DNA of 64,000 nucleotides from Bacteroidota bacterium (GCA_027484685.1 JAIXSO010000026.1:18406-82405); one strand, 5' to 3'. Shown: positions 47,947 through 59,116, counted from the stretch's first letter. The notes: generated from the letters alone by a model not told the origin. Translations and numbers: made by a program.

Positions 47947-50550
47947 TTATTTATTTTCGAATACAAATTGTTGACGGTCGTCTAGGCTAATAAGTATGTT
48001 TGAGTCTTTTTTAACTTTTCCTGCTAATATTTCTTTAGAAAGTTCGTTTAAAATTCTGCGTTGCATTACTCGTTTTAAAGGTCTTGCACCATATTGAGGG
48101 TCATAACCTAATTGGGCTAACCAATCTAAAGCTTCATCGGTAATATTTAGTTCAATTTGTTGGTGCAATAAAGTTCCTTTTAAGCTTTCAAACTGTAGGT
48201 TTACTATTTGTCTTACGTTTTCGCGGTTAAGCGGAGTAAACATAATAATATCGTCTATTCGGTTTAAAAACTCAGGACGAATTTGCCTGCGTAAAAGTTC
48301 CATTACATTGTTTTTAGCTTTGGCGGCTATGGCTTCTTTGTCTGCATCTATATCGTCCATTTGCTCAAAACTTTCTTGAATCAGGTGTGAGCCAATATTA
48401 GAAGTCATGATAACAATGGTATTTTTAAAATTAGCTGTTCTACCTTTGTTATCGGTTAAGCGGCCATCGTCCAACACTTGTAACAAAATATTAAATACAT
48501 CAGGATGTGCTTTTTCTATTTCATCTAATAACACAACTGAATACGGTCTTCTTCGAATGGCTTCGGTTAACTGTCCACTTTCTTCGTAACCTACATATCC
48601 TGGAGGCGCTCCAATTAAACGGCTTACCGTATGTTTTTCTTGGTATTCGCTCATGTCAATTCTTACCAAAGCACTTTCTTGGTTAAATAAAAACTCGGCT
48701 AAGGCTTTGGCTAATTCAGTTTTACCTACACCTGTAGTTCCTAAGAAAATAAATGAACCAATTGGTTTTTTAGGATCACTTAATCCAGCTCTACTTCTGC
48801 GTATGGAGTCACTAATAGCTGCAATGGCCTCTTCTTGTCCAACCACACGTTTGTGTAACTCTTCCTCTAAGTGCAATAATTTTTCACGTTCGCTTTGTAG
48901 CATCCTAGTAACCGGAATGCCTGTCCATCGAGCTACTACATCGGCTATATCGTCAGCAGTAACTTCTTCCTTTACCATTGGCGAATGGTTTTGAGCTTCG
49001 TCTAGTTTTGCTTTAAAAACATCCAAACGTTTTTCAGCTTCCTTAATTTTTCCGTAACGTATTTCTGCTACTTTAGCAAAATCGCCATTTCTTTCAAATT
49101 GGTCAGCTTGGTATTTTAAGTTTTCAATTTCTTTTTTGGTTGATTGAATACCTTCTACCACAACCTTTTCGCTTTGCCATTTGGCTTTTAGCTCGTTTCT
49201 ATCTTCTTGTAAATTGGCTATTTCTTCGGCCAATTTTTTTACTTTTTCATCATCGCCTTCGCGTTTAATAGCTTCTCTTTCAATTTCCAATTGCATAATT
49301 CTTCTATCCAATTGGTCTAATTCTTCAGGAACTGAATCTATTTCTAAGCGCAATTTTGCAGCAGCTTCGTCCATTAAATCAATGGCTTTATCTGGCAAAA
49401 ATCTGTCAGAAATATAACGTTGCGAAAGCTCCACCGCGGCTATAATTGCATCGTCTTTTATGCGCACTTTATGATGCACTTCGTAACGTTCTTTTAAACC
49501 ACGTAAAATAGAAATGGCATCTTCGGTATCAGGTTCTTCTACATATACTTTTTGAAAACGTCTTTCTAAAGCTTTGTCTTTTTCAATATAGCGTTGGTAT
49601 TCAGCTAACGTAGTTGCACCAATGCTGCGCAATTCGCCACGAGCCAAGGCAGGTTTTAAAATATTGGCAGCATCCATAGCACCTTCGCCTCCGCCTCCTG
49701 CGCCTACCAAGGTATGAATTTCATCTATAAATAAAATAATTTCACCATCGGCACTAATTACCTCCTTTACAACTGCTTTTAAACGCTCTTCAAACTCGCC
49801 TTTAAATTTTGCCCCAGCAATTAATGAACCCATATCTAATGAGTAGATCTTTTTTGTTTTTAAATTTTCGGGTACATCGCCATTCACTATTCTGTGCGCT
49901 AAGCCTTCGGCAATGGCAGTTTTACCTACACCAGGTTCGCCAATTAGCACAGGATTATTTTTGGTTCTGCGGCTTAAAATTTGTAAAACCCTGCGTATTT
50001 CTTCATCGCGACCAATTACAGGATCAAGCTTGCCTTTTTGTGCTAATTCGTTTAAGTTTTTAGCATATTTATTAAGCGAGTTGTATTGATTTTCGGCTGT
50101 TTGTGAGGTTACTTTTTGCCCACCACGCAATTCGTTAATGGCAGTTTTTAAGTCTTTTTCGGTTACACCAACATCTTTCAGCAAGGTTGCCACCGTGTTT
50201 TTTCCATCTAACAAAGCTAAAAAAATGTGTTCTACCGACACAAATTCATCGCCAAACTCCGTCAAATAACTTTGCGCTTTTAGTAAAGTTTGGTTACTAT
50301 CATTAGATAAGTATTGGCTTTGACCTTCTACCTTTGGGTAACTTTTTATAACAGCATCTAGGGTAGATTCAATTCTGCTTTGGTTAATGTTTAATTTTTT
50401 AAGTAAATAGGAGATAACATTTTCATCGGTTTGAATCAACGCTTTTAAAATATGCGCAGGTTCAATGGCTTGTTGACCATTTTTTAAAGCAATTTGAACT
50501 GCTTCCTGAACGGCTTCTTGCGATTTGATTGTGAAATTATTTAAATTCAT
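47947..50550 (-). CDS. clpB: ATP-dependent chaperone ClpB
   Basis: 867 aa. Two AAA+ modules with Walker A 'GEPGVGKT' and 'GTTGVGKT'. Coiled-coil middle domain. Confidence 0.95.
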   Translation of the reverse strand: MNLNNFTIKSQEAVQEAVQIALKNGQQAIEPAHILKALIQTDENVISYLLKKLNINQSRIESTLDAVIKSYPKVEGQSQYLSNDSNQTLLKAQSYLTEFGDEFVSVEHIFLALLDGKNTVATLLKDVGVTEKDLKTAINELRGGQKVTSQTAENQYNSLNKYAKNLNELAQKGKLDPVIGRDEEIRRVLQILSRRTKNNPVLIGEPGVGKTAIAEGLAHRIVNGDVPENLKTKKIYSLDMGSLIAGAKFKGEFEERLKAVVKEVISADGEIILFIDEIHTLVGAGGGGEGAMDAANILKPALARGELRSIGATTLAEYQRYIEKDKALERRFQKVYVEEPDTEDAISILRGLKERYEVHHKVRIKDDAIIAAVELSQRYISDRFLPDKAIDLMDEAAAKLRLEIDSVPEELDQLDRRIMQLEIEREAIKREGDDEKVKKLAEEIANLQEDRNELKAKWQSEKVVVEGIQSTKKEIENLKYQADQFERNGDFAKVAEIRYGKIKEAEKRLDVFKAKLDEAQNHSPMVKEEVTADDIADVVARWTGIPVTRMLQSEREKLLHLEEELHKRVVGQEEAIAAISDSIRRSRAGLSDPKKPIGSFIFLGTTGVGKTELAKALAEFLFNQESALVRIDMSEYQEKHTVSRLIGAPPGYVGYEESGQLTEAIRRRPYSVVLLDEIEKAHPDVFNILLQVLDDGRLTDNKGRTANFKNTIVIMTSNIGSHLIQESFEQMDDIDADKEAIAAKAKNNVMELLRRQIRPEFLNRIDDIIMFTPLNRENVRQIVNLQFESLKGTLLHQQIELNITDEALDWLAQLGYDPQYGARPLKRVMQRRILNELSKEILAGKVKKDSNILISLDDRQQFVFENK

Positions 50551-50720
50551 GGTTAGTTTTTTCTATAAGTCGTCAAAATTTACTCCAACGGGAAAATAAA
50601 GTATTATTGACACACTTAATAAAAAAACAAGCATACTTGACTTAAATAATGGTTTTAGGAATACATTTTAGATTTCAAATTCAGCCAAAAAGTCTTTATT
50701 GATAAAGGTTTTGAAAGATT

Positions 50721-51620
50721 TTAAGGATTAAATTTATAGGTATAACCAAAATAAGGAATCAAAATAGGATAAAGTCCAAACAAATTGTAGTTTGCCCCTA
50801 TAAAGCCAAAATCATATTGATGTGATAATGTAGCAATGTTTAAGGTTGCTATAAATAAATCTTTTTGTAACCTGTCGCCCAAAAACCAATATTGGGTAGA
50901 AAAGCCTAATTTTTCATAAATTTTAGAATATAAATGAGTGGAGAAAATAGTCATTCTATTGGGGTTGGTATTTACTCCATAACCAAAAGAGATATAATTT
51001 TTTTGACTTCCTAATGTTATATCGCTATAAATAACACTTAAATTACCAAAATTGAAATCTCCAGAATAAGAAAGTTTTACAAAATAGTAACCCGCTCCTA
51101 AAGCTATATTGGGTAGTAAGTTAAATTTTATGCGTGGAGCAATAAAAAAGTTGGGCTTGCCTTCAAAAATATTTACGAGTTCTAATCCGCCATTAATTGA
51201 AATATTATTGGTAAATGCATATCCACCTGAATTAACAAAGATGAAGTTGTTTTTATAATAACCTTGGTTGGCAGATAAGTTTGTAGCAAGTCCAGTTGTG
51301 GTAAAATCTAATTTCTCTTTCTTTTTAATTCTTTCCGTTAATGAAATAGGTTCAATTTTATCGAAAATTGGTGGGTAAACTATTTTCTCTATTTTGCTTT
51401 TACTAATTTTAGTAGGCTGCTTATAGTTATTAGCAAAAAATGTAATGGTGCTATCATTTTGAAATAGAATGGTTCCTTTTAGCACAAAACCAGTTTTAAA
51501 AGTAATGGTTACATTTTTGTAAATAGTTGAATCGACATTGTTAATATTATTTTGAGCAAACAAATGTACACTCATAAAATGGAGTATTAGCAATATAGTT
51601 AATTTAAACACCTGCTTCAT
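50721..51620 (-). CDS. Secreted hypothetical protein (possible OM beta-barrel)
   Basis: Signal peptide and beta-rich C-terminal half. Confidence 0.45.
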   Translation of the reverse strand: MKQVFKLTILLILHFMSVHLFAQNNINNVDSTIYKNVTITFKTGFVLKGTILFQNDSTITFFANNYKQPTKISKSKIEKIVYPPIFDKIEPISLTERIKKKEKLDFTTTGLATNLSANQGYYKNNFIFVNSGGYAFTNNISINGGLELVNIFEGKPNFFIAPRIKFNLLPNIALGAGYYFVKLSYSGDFNFGNLSVIYSDITLGSQKNYISFGYGVNTNPNRMTIFSTHLYSKIYEKLGFSTQYWFLGDRLQKDLFIATLNIATLSHQYDFGFIGANYNLFGLYPILIPYFGYTYKFNP

Positions 51621-51667
51621 GAGGTGGTAAATTAAAAGAAAATATGGTTTTGCGCGTTTATTTTAGT

Positions 51668-52273
51668 TTACCTAAAATTTCCTAAACAAATTTTGAATGC
51701 AAAATTATTGGTTGATAATGTTTTACCTAAGTCAGAAAAAGTATTGTTGTTTATTAAAACAATTCCAAAACCGCCCCACGAGTTATGTATAATTACATCT
51801 AATTGGGGAGTTAATGAAACACCAGAAAAAGGAGTTTCAATATAATCAATATTACCTATACTGATGTTAAACCAACCAGAACGACTAGAGGTGCTGGGAG
51901 CCAGTTTATCAGTTCTATACATTCCAAAAGTTTGCCCAAAACCAATTGATGGTATAATTTTTAGGTGATTACTTTTTATAGGAATTTTATAACCATAACT
52001 TATTTTAGTAGTATTACTCTGTTGTACCTTATTTGGAGTTTCATCAGCAAAAATAATTCCACCTTCTTCCAACTCTCCATATTGGTATATTTCGAAACCT
52101 AAAATATGATTGGATGCAACTTGATAATTTATGCCATACACATATTTTGTTTGCCATAAAAGTTTGGTAAAACCCACGCTGCCCCAATAAATAGGTTTTT
52201 GAGTTACAGTTTGACTAAATAGATTTAAATAACAATTGCACAGCAAAAAAGGTATTAGCATGGTTTTTTTCAT
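51668..52273 (-). CDS. Secreted hypothetical protein (possible small OM beta-barrel)
   Basis: Signal peptide and alternating aromatic/glycine beta-strand pattern. Confidence 0.45.
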   Translation of the reverse strand: MKKTMLIPFLLCNCYLNLFSQTVTQKPIYWGSVGFTKLLWQTKYVYGINYQVASNHILGFEIYQYGELEEGGIIFADETPNKVQQSNTTKISYGYKIPIKSNHLKIIPSIGFGQTFGMYRTDKLAPSTSSRSGWFNISIGNIDYIETPFSGVSLTPQLDVIIHNSWGGFGIVLINNNTFSDLGKTLSTNNFAFKICLGNFR

Positions 52274-52300
52274 GGTGCTAGCATTTAATTTTAATAAAAA

Positions 52301-53410
52301 CTATAATTTTGAATTATAACCAAACGATACACCAATCCTAAAGCCATCGCTATTTGGAATAGTAGCCCAAGCATTAATTGGAATATTTAACCGGCCGCTT
52401 TTAATGGTTTTGCCAAATGCTACTACCATAGCTCCAGTTAGTTTTAAATCTCCTCTGCTATCTAATCTTTCTTCAAGTTTATAGCCAGTTATATTCATAG
52501 CGTCTAAATCTTTTTTGCTGTAAAATTTCCCATTAAAATCGGCCCCTTCCATTTTACTAACAATTCCTGCAGTTGGGCCAAAAGCTATTTCCCAACCATT
52601 TTTATTATTTCTAAAACCATTTAAAAAGGTTAGGCTTGGAATAATTAATTGTTGGTCTACACCAGTAATCATTGGTAAAAATTCAAATAAAGCTTGGTAA
52701 TTACCTTCATTTAAATATTGTTTTTCAAACTGATATCCAAATTGAAACATGGCAGGGCTTGCGTTATAGCCACCATTTTCTTTGCTTTTTTTCAATACTT
52801 CGTTTTCTTTTCCTACCAAGTAAGTATAGCCAAAACGAGGTCCTTCAAGGTTAATTCTATTTTTATTTGGATTGTTTAGGGTGTTTTCATAATCAAAACG
52901 TTTGGTTAGTTTGGCTACCACCTCTTCATTATTGGTTAGTCCAAACATTTTTCTTGCAGTAATTTTTATCATCGATTGAACTTCGTTGGGCAAGTTATTA
53001 AACTCTTCAATGGTTGTTTTCTCAATGCTTTGTTTTTGAATATTGATAAGCCTTAAAGTTAACAATATATTTTGGTTAATAAGCTCTACACTTCCAGTTA
53101 TCATGTAATCGGTTTGAATAACTTTTGCTACCTCAAGCAAACACATTTTTCCATAACAATTATTTACATTGAGTTTATTTTTTTCAATTAAATAATTTAC
53201 ATCGTAGCGATCGGTGACGTCAAAAGTATCTAGTTTTTCAATTTCTGTTCTTAGTATATTTCCCAGTTGCTGCGCATCTGTTTCAAGCCCTTTGCTATCT
53301 ATATTTAATATGGTAACTGTTGGCTTAATTTTTTGTGCATTTGCTATCATTACATTGCCAATTAATAAAAATAGAAGTGCTAATTTGTTTAAGTTAATAA
53401 AGTGTTTCAT
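52301..53410 (-). CDS. Secreted protein with CsgG/LpoB/TolB-N-like periplasmic module
   Basis: Signal peptide. 'VTILNIDSKGLETD..LGNILRTEIEKLDTFDVTDRYDV..LIEK...KVIQTDYMITGSV...LTLRLINI' matches the CsgG-type N-domain pattern. Confidence 0.45.
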   Translation of the reverse strand: MKHFINLNKLALLFLLIGNVMIANAQKIKPTVTILNIDSKGLETDAQQLGNILRTEIEKLDTFDVTDRYDVNYLIEKNKLNVNNCYGKMCLLEVAKVIQTDYMITGSVELINQNILLTLRLINIQKQSIEKTTIEEFNNLPNEVQSMIKITARKMFGLTNNEEVVAKLTKRFDYENTLNNPNKNRINLEGPRFGYTYLVGKENEVLKKSKENGGYNASPAMFQFGYQFEKQYLNEGNYQALFEFLPMITGVDQQLIIPSLTFLNGFRNNKNGWEIAFGPTAGIVSKMEGADFNGKFYSKKDLDAMNITGYKLEERLDSRGDLKLTGAMVVAFGKTIKSGRLNIPINAWATIPNSDGFRIGVSFGYNSKL

Positions 53411-53599
53411 AATAGTTTTTGTGTTAATTTATGGTACAAAACACTTATTATTTTCATTTTAAAAATAATTGATAACTTGGGCTTAAAATGAAATTGGAAG
53501 TATAAAATCCTAAAATTTAGATTTTAGCGGGTTTTTGCACATTTTTTAGTAAATTCTGCAATAAAAAATTTAAGTATTTGCATATTTTGCAAAAAAATA

Positions 53600-54631
53600 A
53601 TGGCTAAAAATGCTGTTTTAACTAAAAAAATAATGGGTAAAGAAGGAACTAATTCAATTCAAGAACAATTTATAAGCAAACTAAAAACGGCTATTCCTGC
53701 AAACGAAAATTTGGTTCAAAGCATTGCCGATACTTTAAACCTTAGCTTAGATAGCGCTTACAGACGTATTAGATGCGAAAAATTGTTCGATATTGACGAA
53801 GTAGCTATTTTATGCAAAACCTATAAAGTTAGGTTTGATGATGAGGTAAATACACTAGCCAATGGAGCAAACTTTAATTTTAACTTATTAGAAAACAGTA
53901 AAGAAAAATTTAGACAATGGTTACAAAGCATTTTAGAAAACTTAAAACAAATTAGTTCACGCCCAGAAAATACCATTATTTACTCAGCCGATGATGTTCC
54001 AATTTGGCACCACTTTAACGATGATTATTTAATTAAATTCAAAATATTTTATTGGCTAAAAACCATTTTGGCTGACCCTGATTTTGTGGATAAAACATTT
54101 GATGAAAAGTTAATTCCTAACGATTTGGTGCAAATGGCTAAAGATGTGGCTCATTATTATAATCAAACTACATCTATCGAAATTTGGACTGAAGACACTT
54201 TTAATTCTACTCTTAAACAAGTAGAATATTTTTGGGGCAGTGGATTTTTTAAAACCAAAGAAGATGCAGTTAAAGTATGTAACTCCATTTACCATGAATT
54301 AAATATTTTGCAAAGAATGTGTGCCAGTAGTAGTAAATCAGAAAATGGAAAACCTAATTTTACCATGTACCATAGCGAGGTAATGGTGGGAAATAATAGT
54401 ATTGTGGCTACCATTGGTCAAACCAAAATTTCGTATGTAAGTTATAATACATTTAATATGATGACTACCACAAACGATAAGTTTGTTAACGAAGCAGAGC
54501 AATGGCTTAAAAATTTAATCAAAAAGTCAATATTAATAAGTGGAGTAGGAGAGAAGCAGCGTAATCAATTTTTTAGAAAATTAACCCAACGCCTCGATAA
54601 ATTAAAGCAAGAAATAGAAGCTGAAATGTAA
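53600..54631 (+). CDS. Hypothetical protein with N-terminal helix-turn-helix-like segment
   Basis: 'LVQSIADTLNLSLDSAYRRIRCEK' HTH-like stretch. Remainder unassigned. Confidence 0.4.
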   Translation: MAKNAVLTKKIMGKEGTNSIQEQFISKLKTAIPANENLVQSIADTLNLSLDSAYRRIRCEKLFDIDEVAILCKTYKVRFDDEVNTLANGANFNFNLLENSKEKFRQWLQSILENLKQISSRPENTIIYSADDVPIWHHFNDDYLIKFKIFYWLKTILADPDFVDKTFDEKLIPNDLVQMAKDVAHYYNQTTSIEIWTEDTFNSTLKQVEYFWGSGFFKTKEDAVKVCNSIYHELNILQRMCASSSKSENGKPNFTMYHSEVMVGNNSIVATIGQTKISYVSYNTFNMMTTTNDKFVNEAEQWLKNLIKKSILISGVGEKQRNQFFRKLTQRLDKLKQEIEAEM

Positions 54632-54757
54632 ATCTGAAACCTATTACATACATTTAAAATACATTTATGCATCAGAATTATACAGTTTTACATAATTGGG
54701 ATAAAAAAAATTTAATAATTACTTGACATTGCAAGCATAAAGACTAATTTCGTTAAT

Positions 54758-55657
54758 ATGAATTTGAGTAGTTCGATAGTACAATATTTGCAGTATGTGG
54801 AGTTCGAAAAAAAACAAGCCAAACATACACTTACAAACTATCGTGTTGATTTAACTCAATTCGAAAATTACATAACTCAAATTTATCAAATAACGCAAAT
54901 TGAACAAATAAACCATTATCACATAAAAAGTTGGTTGGTTCATCAAATAAACGAAGGTTTAAAAAATCGTTCAGTAGCCAGAAAAATATCAACTTTAAAG
55001 TCGTTTTACAATTTTTTATTGCGTGAGCAATTGGTTACTATTAATCCGCTTAATAAAGTGCAAGCACCAAAAGTTGAAAAGCGCTTACCTGAGTTTGTGG
55101 AGCAAAATGCCATGGAAAATTTATTTGATGGCAATTTAACTGAAAAGCATTTTGAAAATACTTTTGAAGGTTTAAGGGATAAATTAATGGTTAATTTGTT
55201 TTATGCTACAGGTATTCGTTTGTCTGAGTTGCAAAATATTGAAAATCATAGCGTTGATTTTTATAAAAAACAAATAAAAGTTCTAGGAAAAAGAAATAAA
55301 GAACGCATTATACCCATAACTGACGAAGTAATTGAATTAATAAAACAATACAATAATCAAAAATCAGAAAATGGTTTTGCAAGCAATTATTTGTTGTTAA
55401 CAAATAAAGGCGAGCATTTGTACGCTAAATTAATTTACAATACAGTAAAAAAATATTTAAGTAAAGTAACTACCTTGTCTAAAAGAAGTCCGCATGTATT
55501 AAGGCATACCTATGCTACTCACTTATTAAACCAAGGTGCCGATTTAAACGCAATAAAAGAACTATTAGGCCACTCAAGTTTAGCGGCCACTCAAGTTTAT
55601 ACCCATAATAGTATCCAACAATTAAAAGAAGTGTATAAAAAACACCCTAGAAAATAG
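54758..55657 (+). CDS. xerD: Tyrosine site-specific recombinase XerC/XerD family
   Basis: 299 aa. C-terminal 'LRHTYATHLLNQGADLNAIKELLGHSSLAATQVYTH' with catalytic R/H/Y context. Confidence 0.85.
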   Translation: MNLSSSIVQYLQYVEFEKKQAKHTLTNYRVDLTQFENYITQIYQITQIEQINHYHIKSWLVHQINEGLKNRSVARKISTLKSFYNFLLREQLVTINPLNKVQAPKVEKRLPEFVEQNAMENLFDGNLTEKHFENTFEGLRDKLMVNLFYATGIRLSELQNIENHSVDFYKKQIKVLGKRNKERIIPITDEVIELIKQYNNQKSENGFASNYLLLTNKGEHLYAKLIYNTVKKYLSKVTTLSKRSPHVLRHTYATHLLNQGADLNAIKELLGHSSLAATQVYTHNSIQQLKEVYKKHPRK

Positions 55658-55695
55658 ATAAAATAAATTGTAACAATTAAAAAACAATCTAAATT

Positions 55696-55998
55696 ATGAA
55701 AGTTAACATTCAATCAATCCACTTTGACGCAGACATTAAACTACTTGATTTTATTACCAAAAAAGTAGAAAAAGCCAAAACTTTTTACGAGGGTATAGAT
55801 AATGCAATGGTATATTTAAGGTTAGAAAAAGACGCACATGGCGAAAACAAAGTAGTGGAGGTAAAATTAAATATGGCCGGTCATGAAGTATTTGCAAAAG
55901 AACACAGCAGCACTTTTGAGTCGGCAGTTGATTTGGTAATAGATAAAATAAAAGCGCAAGTTAAAAAGCATAAAGAAAAACTTCAAGATAAAGTATAA
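55696..55998 (+). CDS. hpf: Ribosome hibernation promoting factor (RaiA/HPF, short form)
   Basis: 100 aa with full-length similarity to the S30EA family. Confidence 0.85.
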   Translation: MKVNIQSIHFDADIKLLDFITKKVEKAKTFYEGIDNAMVYLRLEKDAHGENKVVEVKLNMAGHEVFAKEHSSTFESAVDLVIDKIKAQVKKHKEKLQDKV

Positions 55999-56028
55999 GA
56001 TAATAAGCTAGATAGAAAAAAAAATGAA

Positions 56029-56060
56029 ACCAGCACCTAAAAATGCTGGTTTTTTTATAT
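56029..56060 (+). terminator. Rho-independent terminator after hpf
   Basis: 'aaaccagca'...'tgctggttt' hairpin plus a T7 run. Confidence 0.75.
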
Positions 56061-56291
56061 AATAAATATATCTTGCGCTCGCAAAAAAAAAGGAAAAAGA
56101 ACTATTGAAAAACAAATTAGCTTGTAATTCAATACTTGCTGAGAAAAAATAAAAATAATTTTAAAAATAATTTGCATTTCTCATTAATACCACTACTTTT
56201 GCAGTCCGAAAAATTTAAGTCGGAGTTCTAAAATTATAAGTAATATTTGTATCAAAAAGTAAAATAAACCATTGTTTTATTTAAAGTATAA

Positions 56292-56367
56292 GCCACTTTA
56301 GCTCAGCTGGTAGAGCAACTGATTTGTAATCAGTAGGTCGCTGGTTCGATTCCGGCAAGTGGCTCCA
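56292..56367 (+). tRNA. tRNA-Thr (anticodon TGT)
   Basis: Cloverleaf drawn by hand. Acceptor GCCACTT/AAGTGGC, anticodon loop TTTGTAA, encoded CCA. Confidence 0.85.
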
Positions 56368-56393
56368 TTGTTATTGTAGCAATACAGTAATAA

Positions 56394-56474
56394 GGGGAGA
56401 TACCAGAGCGGCCAAATGGGACGGACTGTAAATCCGTTGAGAAATCTACGAAGGTTCGAATCCTTCTCTCCCCA
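56394..56474 (+). tRNA. tRNA-Tyr (anticodon GTA), class II with long variable arm
   Basis: Acceptor GGGGAGA/TCTCCCC, anticodon loop CTGTAAA, long variable arm, T-loop TTCGAAT. Confidence 0.85.
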
Positions 56475-56486
56475 CAAATATTACAA

Positions 56487-56559
56487 GCGAGAGTAGCTCA
56501 GTTGGTAGAGCGACAGCCTTCCAAGCTGTAGGTCGCGGGTTCGAGCCTCGTCTCTCGCT
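56487..56559 (+). tRNA. tRNA-Gly (anticodon TCC)
   Basis: Acceptor GCGAGAG/CTCTCGC, anticodon loop CTTCCAA, T-loop TTCGAGC. Confidence 0.85.
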
Positions 56560-56756
56560 CAGAATAAAAAAATTGTTTTGCCGAATGATATCGATAAGTA
56601 AAACAATTTTTTTTCATTTATTGGCAGTTATAAATGCTGTAAATGTAAAATTGTTAAAGTAGCTGTTAAAGTTATTTTATATGTTAAATAGAGAGTTAAA
56701 ATGAGTTTGACCGAAAGGTTAAATAAATATAGAACTACAACATAATAACAAAACAA

Positions 56757-56828
<72 letters not shown>

Positions 56829-56897
56829 CAAAAAAATAATAGCTCCCTAGGGGGCTTTTGGTGTATTTAAAAACAATAAAAATTAATAAATAAAAAA

Positions 56898-58085
56898 ATG
56901 GCTAAAGAAAAATTTGACCGCAGTAAACCCCATGTAAATATTGGAACTATTGGTCACGTAGATCACGGTAAAACAACATTAACTGCAGCAATTACAAAAG
57001 TATTATCTGATGCAGGTTTATCAGAAGCTCGCTCTTTCGATTCAATCGATTCAGCTCCAGAAGAAAAAGAACGTGGTATTACAATTAATACCGCTCACGT
57101 TGAATATTCAACAGCTAACCGTCACTACGCTCACGTAGATTGTCCAGGTCACGCGGATTATGTTAAGAACATGGTTACGGGTGCTGCTCAAATGGATGGT
57201 GCTATCCTTGTGGTTGCATCAACTGATGGTCCTATGCCTCAAACTCGTGAGCACATTTTATTAGCTCGTCAGGTAGGTGTGCCTCGTATCGTTGTATTCA
57301 TGAATAAAGTGGATATGGTTGATGATGCTGAATTATTAGAAATCGTTGAAATGGAAATCCGTGATTTGTTAGATAAGTACGAATTCCCAGGCCAAGAAAT
57401 TCCAGTTATCCAAGGTTCTGCATTAGGTGGTTTAAATGGTGACGCTAAATGGGTTGCTAAAATCATGGAATTAATGGATGCTGTTGATTCATATATTCCA
57501 GTTCCTCCACGTTTAACTGAATTACCTTTCTTAATGCCAGTTGAAGACGTATTCTCAATTACAGGTCGTGGTACAGTTGCTACAGGTCGTATTGAGCGTG
57601 GTATCATTAACTCAAGTGAAGGTGTTGAAATTATCGGTTTAGGTGCTGAAAAATTAACTTCAACTGTTACAGGTGTTGAAATGTTCCGTAAAATATTAGA
57701 TAGAGGTGAAGCTGGTGATAACGTAGGTTTATTATTACGTGGTGTTGAAAAAGAAGCTATCCGTAGAGGTATGGTTATTTGCAAGCCAGGTTCAGTAACT
57801 CCACACACTGAGTTCAAAGCTGAAATTTACGTATTATCAAAAGACGAAGGTGGACGTCACACTCCATTCTTTAACAAATACCGTCCTCAATTCTACTTCC
57901 GTACAACAGACGTTACAGGTGAAGTAGTATTACCAGAAGGAACTGAAATGATTATGCCAGGCGATAATGTTACTATCACTGTAAAATTAATCAATCCAAT
58001 TGCTATGGAGAAAAATTTACGTTTCGCTATCCGTGAAGGTGGTAGAACAGTAGGTGCTGGTCAGGTAACTGAAATTTTAAAATAA
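56898..58085 (+). CDS. tuf: Elongation factor Tu
   Basis: 395 aa. 'GHVDHGKTT', 'DCPGHADY', 'NKVD' GTPase motifs. Confidence 0.97.
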   Translation: MAKEKFDRSKPHVNIGTIGHVDHGKTTLTAAITKVLSDAGLSEARSFDSIDSAPEEKERGITINTAHVEYSTANRHYAHVDCPGHADYVKNMVTGAAQMDGAILVVASTDGPMPQTREHILLARQVGVPRIVVFMNKVDMVDDAELLEIVEMEIRDLLDKYEFPGQEIPVIQGSALGGLNGDAKWVAKIMELMDAVDSYIPVPPRLTELPFLMPVEDVFSITGRGTVATGRIERGIINSSEGVEIIGLGAEKLTSTVTGVEMFRKILDRGEAGDNVGLLLRGVEKEAIRRGMVICKPGSVTPHTEFKAEIYVLSKDEGGRHTPFFNKYRPQFYFRTTDVTGEVVLPEGTEMIMPGDNVTITVKLINPIAMEKNLRFAIREGGRTVGAGQVTEILK

Positions 58086-58151
58086 TTTAAAATACCAAAT
58101 AGATACTAAATGTTGGTTAAGGCAACTTAGCCAACATTTAGTGTCTAAAAT

Positions 58152-58225
58152 AGGAGTGTAGTTCAAGGGTAGAATGTCGGTCTCCAAAACCGCTGATGGG
58201 AGTTCGAATCTCTCCACTCCTGCCA
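58152..58225 (+). tRNA. tRNA-Trp (anticodon CCA)
   Basis: Acceptor AGGAGTG/CACTCCT, anticodon loop CTCCAAA. Canonical position between tuf and secE. Confidence 0.85.
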
Positions 58226-58269
58226 AAAAATAAGAGTGTAACAAGCTAACTTGTAAAACACATCAAACT

Positions 58270-58464
58270 ATGAATAAAATTAAAGAATACGTAAAATTAT
58301 CATACGATGAATTAATGAATAAGGTAACTTGGCCTACTTGGGGCGAGTTGCAAGAAAGTACTATCATAGTTATGATTGCTGCCTTATTAATTGCATTTAT
58401 AATATTCATTATGGATTTAATTAGCAATGGTGGGTTAGGATTTTTTTACCAAATATTTAAGTAA
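58270..58464 (+). CDS. secE: Preprotein translocase subunit SecE
   Basis: 64 aa single-TM protein located between tRNA-Trp and nusG. Confidence 0.85.
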   Translation: MNKIKEYVKLSYDELMNKVTWPTWGELQESTIIVMIAALLIAFIIFIMDLISNGGLGFFYQIFK

Positions 58465-58477
58465 TTAAATCGAGAAA

Positions 58478-59020
58478 ATGATACAAGAACAATTTAAGTG
58501 GTATGTGGCTAGAGCAATTACCGGACAAGAAAAAAAGGTAAAAGCACAAATTGAAGTTGAGCTTGAAAGAGCAGGTTTGAGTGTTCATGTACCTCAAATT
58601 TTAATACCTACTGAAAAAGTTTATACTGTAAAAAATGGTAAAAAAATAGCAAAAGAGAAAGCTTATTTACCTGGTTATATATTAATTCAAGCAGAATTAG
58701 TAGGTGAAGTTGGTCATACCATTGATTCTGTTAATGGTATTGTAGGCTTTTTAGGTGGTAAATCTACACCAGTACCTCTGCGCCAATCAGAAGTTGCACG
58801 TATATTAGGTAATGTAGATGCAATTGGTGAGCAGGGTGAAGTAATGGATGAACCATTTATAGTTGGTGAAACCGTTAAGGTAATTGATGGTCCTTTTAGT
58901 GGATTTGATGGGTTGATTGAAGAAGTAAGTGAAGAGAAGAAAAAACTAAAGGTGATGGTAAAAATATTTGGCAGAAGAACTCCTTTAGAGTTAAATTTTG
59001 TTCAAGTAGAAAAAGAATAA
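58478..59020 (+). CDS. nusG: Transcription termination/antitermination factor NusG
   Basis: 180 aa. NGN domain plus C-terminal KOW ('GETVKVIDGPFSGFDGLIEEV'). Confidence 0.92.
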   Translation: MIQEQFKWYVARAITGQEKKVKAQIEVELERAGLSVHVPQILIPTEKVYTVKNGKKIAKEKAYLPGYILIQAELVGEVGHTIDSVNGIVGFLGGKSTPVPLRQSEVARILGNVDAIGEQGEVMDEPFIVGETVKVIDGPFSGFDGLIEEVSEEKKKLKVMVKIFGRRTPLELNFVQVEKE

Positions 59021-59116
59021 AAAGAATAATTATATTTAATTTTTATAGTATTTAATGCTGCTTTCCACTGATTAAATATTTAAGGATTGGATAGATATTA
59101 TATATAAATAAATAAA

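Noticed and set aside
54758-55657. Tyrosine recombinase next to a tRNA cluster, a possible island integrase
   Set aside because: XerD-like size and motifs, and its neighbours are conserved housekeeping genes (hpf, tRNAs, tuf). No attL/attR-like repeats of tRNA 3' ends were seen. Most likely chromosomal xerC/D.
56835-56860. Palindrome 'ccctaggg' after tRNA-Thr(GGT)
   Set aside because: Zero-loop palindrome (AvrII-like site) that cannot form a terminator hairpin. Probably coincidental.
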